Shown here in pieces: positions 17,098-21,960 of a stretch of 21,960 bases of DNA. Under the pieces are notes generated by a model that saw only the letters and a program-made list of their open reading frames with translations, was not told the DNA's origin and did no database searches. Source of the DNA: an uncultured bacterium (GTDB lineage Bacteria; CSSED10-310; CAZUFC01). The DNA is taken from NCBI GenBank assembly GCA_964619725.1, contig CAZUFC010000036.1, positions 44,104-66,063 of the forward strand. The letters are read 5' to 3'. A program made the position numbers and the translations under genes. Within the stretch, counting starts at the first letter, position 1. Every line of letters starts with the position of its first letter.

Positions 17098-19029
17098 TCA
17101 CAATCCGATTTCATGCCGCAGCGCCTGGGTCGCATCAACCCAGTTCCCTACATTCCAACGGCCGAAAGCGCCCAGTCCGCCGAGAGGATCATCGCCGCAA
17201 TATACGGGAACATGAATCAGGGAAATCCCCTTGTGCGCTTTAGCCTGTTTCAAAGCTTCATTAAGACTTTTCAGGGAATTGCCTCCGGGAAATGCCGCAA
17301 CGCCCCGGATCGATTTCGCCCAGCCTATGTAATCGACTTCCACTTCATCCTTCGTGACATAAACGGAGCCGTATTGATCCTTCTGAAGCGCGGAAATAGC
17401 GGCCATGCTTCGGTTGTCTAAAAGAAGGATGCATCCCTCAACCCCGTGCTGGACGCCGTCGATCAATATCTGAGGATTCATTGTGAATGACCCGTCGCCC
17501 GTCAGCGCCAGTCCGTAAAACGAATCTGAGGCCATTGCAGAGGCCATTAAAGCCGAAACAGCGAATCCCATGTAACTCGCGCCTGTATCCGTGAATGTCC
17601 TGCCCAACCTGTCGTCTTCCGCTACCTGGAATCCGTTCGCCTGAACATCGCCTGCATCGAAAAAGGATACCGCATCATTCCTGCGGGCCCAATCCAGCGC
17701 CGTTTTTATCACGGCTGGCTGCGTCAGAACATCTGTTCCACGCCCCTCATCATACAATGTCGGATTCTCGTAACGCTCCTTCTTGAATTCTTCCCATTTT
17801 TTACGCTGCTCCAGGCATTCCTCAAACCAGTTCGATCTCTTTTGACTCTTCGTTTTACCTATGCCCGTCATAAAATCATTCAATTTGGCCAGGGTCTGCG
17901 CCGCATCACCCACCAGAACGGTCGAATCGCCATAATGAACGGCTGAGTGATAATCAGCGTTTATGTTGATCACATGCTTTACTTTTGGATATCCCGTACG
18001 GCTGCAGTCTGATTGACAAACGAACCTGGTCCCCACGGCAACCAGCAAATCCGCCTCTTCCATGGCATAATTGCCGCAGATGGTCCCCTTGCTTCCTCCA
18101 ACCAGCATATTCCGGGGATGGTCATACGGAATCACTCCCAATACCAGCGGACTCAACACCGCCACACCGTCAACCCTTCCAAGAAATTCTTCTATCTCTT
18201 TGCCCGCATCCCGGGCCCCTCCGCCGACTTTTACTACCACTCTCTCCGCCTTGTTCAAAGCCTCAATCGCCTTCACATAAACGCCGTTCTCTGCTGAAGC
18301 CGCTCCCAAACGCGGGGGAATCCCTGAAGGAAGTTCCCGTATGTTGAATCGCCGGATATACTCAGGCTGCCTGTTCATAGGCATCAATAAATAAAAAGGG
18401 CCGGCACGGTGAGGGTGATCCACTGCCGTTAATCCTCTTCTTAATGCCGTACTCACTGATCGGGCCGTGTGCAATGAATAAGCCGAACCCATCACCGAAC
18501 ATAATTTCAAAAAAAGGTCCTGCTCAGGCTTCGGTATCTGCTGCATGTTGGGACCTTCATCCTCGGTAGTCTCATCGCCGAATAAATACCATACGCCCAA
18601 TCCGTCGCTCGCCGGCAGCAATGACCCCGCCAGCGCATGCATGGCCCCCGGACCGATAGACGTCACCACCGCCGCCTTCTCTCCCGTTACCCACCTTAAT
18701 GCCGCAGCAGCATGAGATGCTGCCGTCTCATGGCGGATATTATACATCTTCAACAAACCCGCATCTTCATACACACGCATCACTTCCCCAATTTCCGTAG
18801 ACCCATGCCCGAAAATTCCGATGAATTTCCGTACATCCTGCCGAAGTAAACCAAGGATAAGTATTTCAGAAAGAGATGCATCAAATACGGAAGAAAGCGC
18901 TCCCGTCGCAATAGCCCGCTTTATTCCTCCCGCTTCCGCTATCCTGCGAGCGCGCTCCGCTCTCAGCTCTTCCTGACTCTTTTCCGAATTTCCGCCCTTA
19001 TCGTCATGTTTTATTTTGTCGTCGCTCAT
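17098..19029 (-). CDS. Thiamine-diphosphate-dependent enzyme, IolD-like (cyclic dione acylhydrolase-like)
   Basis: GIFGHG, RHE (catalytic Glu), TSIGPG, AVGTR, a T..GASYMG segment and the TPP-binding GDGSF...DN motif. Start moved to ATG 19029 (GAGGGG upstream). Confidence 0.82.
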   Translation of the reverse strand: MSDDKIKHDDKGGNSEKSQEELRAERARRIAEAGGIKRAIATGALSSVFDASLSEILILGLLRQDVRKFIGIFGHGSTEIGEVMRVYEDAGLLKMYNIRHETAASHAAAALRWVTGEKAAVVTSIGPGAMHALAGSLLPASDGLGVWYLFGDETTEDEGPNMQQIPKPEQDLFLKLCSVMGSAYSLHTARSVSTALRRGLTAVDHPHRAGPFYLLMPMNRQPEYIRRFNIRELPSGIPPRLGAASAENGVYVKAIEALNKAERVVVKVGGGARDAGKEIEEFLGRVDGVAVLSPLVLGVIPYDHPRNMLVGGSKGTICGNYAMEEADLLVAVGTRFVCQSDCSRTGYPKVKHVININADYHSAVHYGDSTVLVGDAAQTLAKLNDFMTGIGKTKSQKRSNWFEECLEQRKKWEEFKKERYENPTLYDEGRGTDVLTQPAVIKTALDWARRNDAVSFFDAGDVQANGFQVAEDDRLGRTFTDTGASYMGFAVSALMASAMASDSFYGLALTGDGSFTMNPQILIDGVQHGVEGCILLLDNRSMAAISALQKDQYGSVYVTKDEVEVDYIGWAKSIRGVAAFPGGNSLKSLNEALKQAKAHKGISLIHVPVYCGDDPLGGLGAFGRWNVGNWVDATQALRHEIGL

Positions 19030-19310
19030 TTTTCCCCTCTCTCGCATTAAGACAAAAAACAAATCTCATCTTAACATTCTGTCGGCTTGTCATAATTCTC
19101 TCAACAATTTCAAAAGATTCTCCAATCTGTCGAAGTTTGTCAAGTCCTGATCATCGATGCTCACCAAGACATTTTTTTATAGGATAAAACAGGGATTGCG
19201 ATTTTTATGAAACTTTGTAAAAAAGAGAATCGCCTTATATTACTTTTTTTATTGGGACTGATCAAACAGGGGTTACACTTCTTTAAACACTTTCGACAGT
19301 TTGGTTCAGT

Positions 19311-19600
19311 GATCGGGGTCGGTTCGGTATCGGGGTCGGTATAGAAATCGGGAATCGGTATCGGGATCGGTATCGGGGTCGGTATCGGGGTCGGTATCGG
19401 GGATCGGTATCGGGGTCGGTATCGCAATCGGTTCCGGGGTCGGGGTCAGGATCGGTATCGCAATCGGTTCCGGGATCGGAGTCGGGGTCGGATTCGCAAT
19501 CGGTATCGGTATCGGAGTCGGGATCGGTATCGGGCTCGGTATCGTAATCGGTATAGGCATCGTTATCGCAATCGTGATCGCAATCGTGATCGAAATCGAA
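19311..19600. repeat. Degenerate hexanucleotide tract (RTCGNN)n
   Basis: About 290 bp of ATCGGT/ATCGGG/GTCGGT/ATCGCA units with occasional 7-nt units that break the phase. Confidence 0.95.
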
Positions 19601-19758
19601 ACAAAATGACAGACGATTCTGTCGCATTGTAACCTCAAAAGAGGCTTTTTTGATCAATGCCGGAAAATTCAAATTTCCGCTGTCGCCGGTCTGCATCTGT
19701 AAATGTCAATCCAAAGACAAAGGATTATGACGATTTACATCCAATAATCGGCGGGCCT

Positions 19759-20187
19759 TCTTAAGCGCCGAAGGTGCGAACTGTGAAAGCCTGGGGTTAA
19801 GCGAGTCTGCGAGCGCAACCCCAGGTAGGATGGGCAGAATGGAGAGCTCTGAAAGAGCGTAATATGGCCCCGCCCAAACGTTGAAGCATTCAAAAATACG
19901 ATCCGTTCAGGTTGATGACGATTTTTATCGAAATCCGTCAATTCAAATCGAAAAAACAGAGGTCATTGGCGTTGCGCGGGTTCGATCTTGATTCGTTTTT
20001 TCAGAAATATGGGATTTGACCGTCATTCGATAAGACAGAGCTGCGTTTTAATTGATCTGCGGGGATATAAGAAACGGGGTCTGATTTCGCTCTTTCAGAG
20101 CTTTTTATTTTGTGTTCTTGCCTTGGGTTGCGCTCGCAAGCTCGCTTAACCCCAGGCTTTCACATAACGCGCCTCCGGCGCTTAAGA
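19759..20187. mobile_element. Non-autonomous element with ~113-bp structured inverted repeats (REPIN/MITE-like)
   Basis: 19759-19872 is the reverse complement of 20075-20187, with shared blocks TCTTAAGCGCCG, TGTGAAAGCCTGGGGTTAAGCGAG, TGCGAGCGCAACCC and AGCTCTGAAAGAGCG. No transposase ORF lies between the arms. The repeat is directly visible; the mobile-element call is inference. Confidence 0.7.
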
Positions 20188-20412
20188 GGATCGTCGCGTC
20201 ATTTCCAATTATTAACGCCATAACTTTCACCCTTAGAAAGTATACCGCCTGCCCCGTTACACTCAAGAATGAAACTACTTCCCGTCCGATAAACGTATCC
20301 TTTTAGCCCACATCGTTCCATCAGTCTCTTATTTGTTGCAATTGCAATATTGACTCCGATTTCCGGTGAGCGAGAATAGGTTTGTTTATCAAGCAGCTAA
20401 AGGTTTTGTTTA

Positions 20413-21516
20413 TCACTCCCGGCGCTGCGGGCGATTATTCATCAATTTCTGCAAATCTTTCAGGATAGATCGATATTTCGAGGGTACGGGGTAATTTTCC
20501 AATTTATTCGCATTCACCCACTTGAATTCGCTGGAAAGGTCCTGTTTGCATCTTTTTATCCGCAATATTAAGGGAAAAAGCCTATCGGCATATTGCGTAT
20601 AGTAATGGGTCCTCGGCCGCAACCTGCCTTCAACGGTATAATCGCAAGACAGCGTTTCTTCCATGTAACGCCGGACGTTTTTCGCCTCGATATCGCTGTC
20701 TTTGCTTTTCGGTATGTTCGGGATAAGCCATAAATTCTTGAACAAACCTTTCTTTCGATAAGTGAGCAGTACGGCATCTTCTTTCAGGCAAACAAGAGCG
20801 GAGGATTCTTTTTTTATGATTTTGGAAGTTCGAGTTTCCGGTATTTCATTCTGGCGGTTTTCTTGAAAGGCTGAACAATCATTATGAAGCGGACAGCGCA
20901 GGCATTCCGGATTCCTGGTAAGACATATTCGTTGTCCCAGTTCCATCATCGCTTCGTTGAAATCTCCAGGACAGGCGGAAGGAATCACGCTTTCCAGGAA
21001 TTCATGCAATCGCTTTTGCTCTTTTCCATTCAGTCTGACAATACCGAAGCGCCTCTGCATGATGCGTCTGACATTCGCATCCATAACGGGAACCGGACGA
21101 CCGTAAGCAATGCTCAATATCGCGCTTGCCGTATATTTTCCTATTCCCGGCAACGACATCAATGCCTTTATTTCGCCGGGCAGTTTGCCGGAATGCTTTT
21201 CCATCAACAATTTCGCAGTCTTAAGAATATTGACGGCCCGGGAATAATAACCCAATCCCTCCCACATACTCAGAACATCTGTCTCCTTCGCTTTTGAGAG
21301 AGTCTCTATGTCAGGATACTCATTCATCCATTTTCTAAAATAGGGAATGACGGTTTTCACCACTGTCTGCTGCAGCATTATTTCGGATATCCAGACCGAA
21401 TAGGGATTGCGTTTTTTTCTCCAGGGCAGTTCGCGCGCGTTTTCTTCAAACCAGGACAAAAGTTTTTCTGTAAAGCTATCAGGACTTTTTAACATAATGT
21501 GTTGTCGCTTTTTCAA
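20413..21516 (-). CDS. mutY: A/G-specific adenine glycosylase MutY
   Basis: LPWR...PY.VWISEIMLQQT, GLGYYSRA, HhH motif LPGIGKYTA, D.NV.R, Fe-S motif C-x6-C-x2-C-x5-C and a C-terminal NUDIX-like domain. Alternative start ATG 21495. Confidence 0.96.
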   Translation of the reverse strand: MKKRQHIMLKSPDSFTEKLLSWFEENARELPWRKKRNPYSVWISEIMLQQTVVKTVIPYFRKWMNEYPDIETLSKAKETDVLSMWEGLGYYSRAVNILKTAKLLMEKHSGKLPGEIKALMSLPGIGKYTASAILSIAYGRPVPVMDANVRRIMQRRFGIVRLNGKEQKRLHEFLESVIPSACPGDFNEAMMELGQRICLTRNPECLRCPLHNDCSAFQENRQNEIPETRTSKIIKKESSALVCLKEDAVLLTYRKKGLFKNLWLIPNIPKSKDSDIEAKNVRRYMEETLSCDYTVEGRLRPRTHYYTQYADRLFPLILRIKRCKQDLSSEFKWVNANKLENYPVPSKYRSILKDLQKLMNNRPQRRE

Positions 21517-21545
21517 AAGGACGGCATCAGGCCATACAGCGATGA

Positions 21546-21731
21546 TTAATCATCCAGCGAAACCTTCAAACCGATGTCGAACGCTTTATGACAGGAAGGA
21601 CAGATGAACTTCCAGGATATCTTCTCCTCATTCGTTTCTCTTTCAAAGAATGAATGGAACCCGTCACGATAACCGCACTCCGGGCAAATTCTGAAGCGGC
21701 CCTGAAATTCGACCTTGATCGCTTCTTCCAT
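21546..21731 (-). CDS. Small zinc-ribbon protein (61 aa)
   Basis: CPECGY...CPSC; AGGAG RBS; stop lies 29 nt upstream of the mutY TTG. Confidence 0.8.
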   Translation of the reverse strand: MEEAIKVEFQGRFRICPECGYRDGFHSFFERETNEEKISWKFICPSCHKAFDIGLKVSLDD

Positions 21732-21852
21732 TATGTGACTCCTTTTTTCGAAGTATAAAGCAAGCCGGAAATTACCCTGTTGCAGGATACACTTTTTGTT
21801 TTTTTACCGCAAAAATGCATTTTGCGTCTTGCTAGTGTTGAGCGATCCGGCT

Positions 21853-21960
21853 TCAGCAGTCCTTCCTTGCGGTTTTTTCAGTGAAGAACATGGTGCGAAA
21901 GCGGACATATTCGAGCTTTTTCCGCTGTGTGTGGATCCAAGTAAAACCAATTAAAAATGA
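21853..21960 (-). CDS. Possible 3' end of a gene truncated by the window edge
   Basis: Open frame from the edge (SFLIGFTWIHTQRKKLEYVRFRTMFFTEKTARKDC*). A second frame is also open for 26 codons, so the frame is ambiguous. Confidence 0.25.
   Translation of the reverse strand, partial: SFLIGFTWIHTQRKKLEYVRFRTMFFTEKTARKDC

Noticed and set aside
16954-17421. 155-aa plus-strand ORF
   Set aside because: Antisense to the TPP enzyme 3' end, with no motif.
15264-19029. ilvB-ilvD branched-chain amino-acid operon
   Set aside because: The TPP enzyme has IolD-type GIFGHG/TSIGPG motifs, the dehydratase has sugar-acid-type motifs (MLYRNL, CMVMGTASTM), and ilvN/ilvC are absent. Gene symbols were withheld.
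19115-19143. Sigma70 promoter for the IolD-like gene (perfect TTGACA on the minus strand)
   Set aside because: No acceptable -10 hexamer at 16-18 nt spacing.
19161-19696. Three overlapping minus-strand ORFs (Asp-, Ile/Pro- and Arg/Tyr-rich)
   Set aside because: Products of the stop-free hexamer tract; the repeat phase shifts between frames.
19961-19995. tRNA fragment (GGGTTCGATC T-loop-like)
   Set aside because: No pairing T-stem, acceptor stem or cloverleaf.

Overview
Bacterial chromosomal window with about 13 credible protein-coding genes. No rRNA, tRNA, CRISPR array, transposase or integrase was recognised. The left half is mostly cell-surface genes: a PLP aminotransferase, a large secreted multidomain C13/legumain-like (clan CD) cysteine peptidase with a Pro/Thr linker and an unnamed C-terminal domain, a zinc-ribbon membrane protein, a divergent TMTC-like GT-C/TPR protein, and a two-gene operon. 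That operon encodes a small secreted protein with a VPATG-TM-basic sorting tail and a secreted collagen/beta-repeat fibre with a phage-fibre-like C-terminal domain. The right half has an AI-2E transporter, a lytic transglycosylase, an SDR, a degenerate pterin-4a-carbinolamine dehydratase, an IlvD/Edd-family dehydratase with an IolD-like TPP enzyme, mutY and a small zinc-ribbon protein. The intergenic DNA carries several orphan repeats: a 93-bp direct repeat, a GTAG-type REP hairpin, an RTCGNN hexamer tract and a ~430-bp element with long structured inverted repeats. The best candidate for an undescribed system is the anchor-plus-fibre operon at 9086-11500. All family assignments come from motifs read by eye; no database searches were run.
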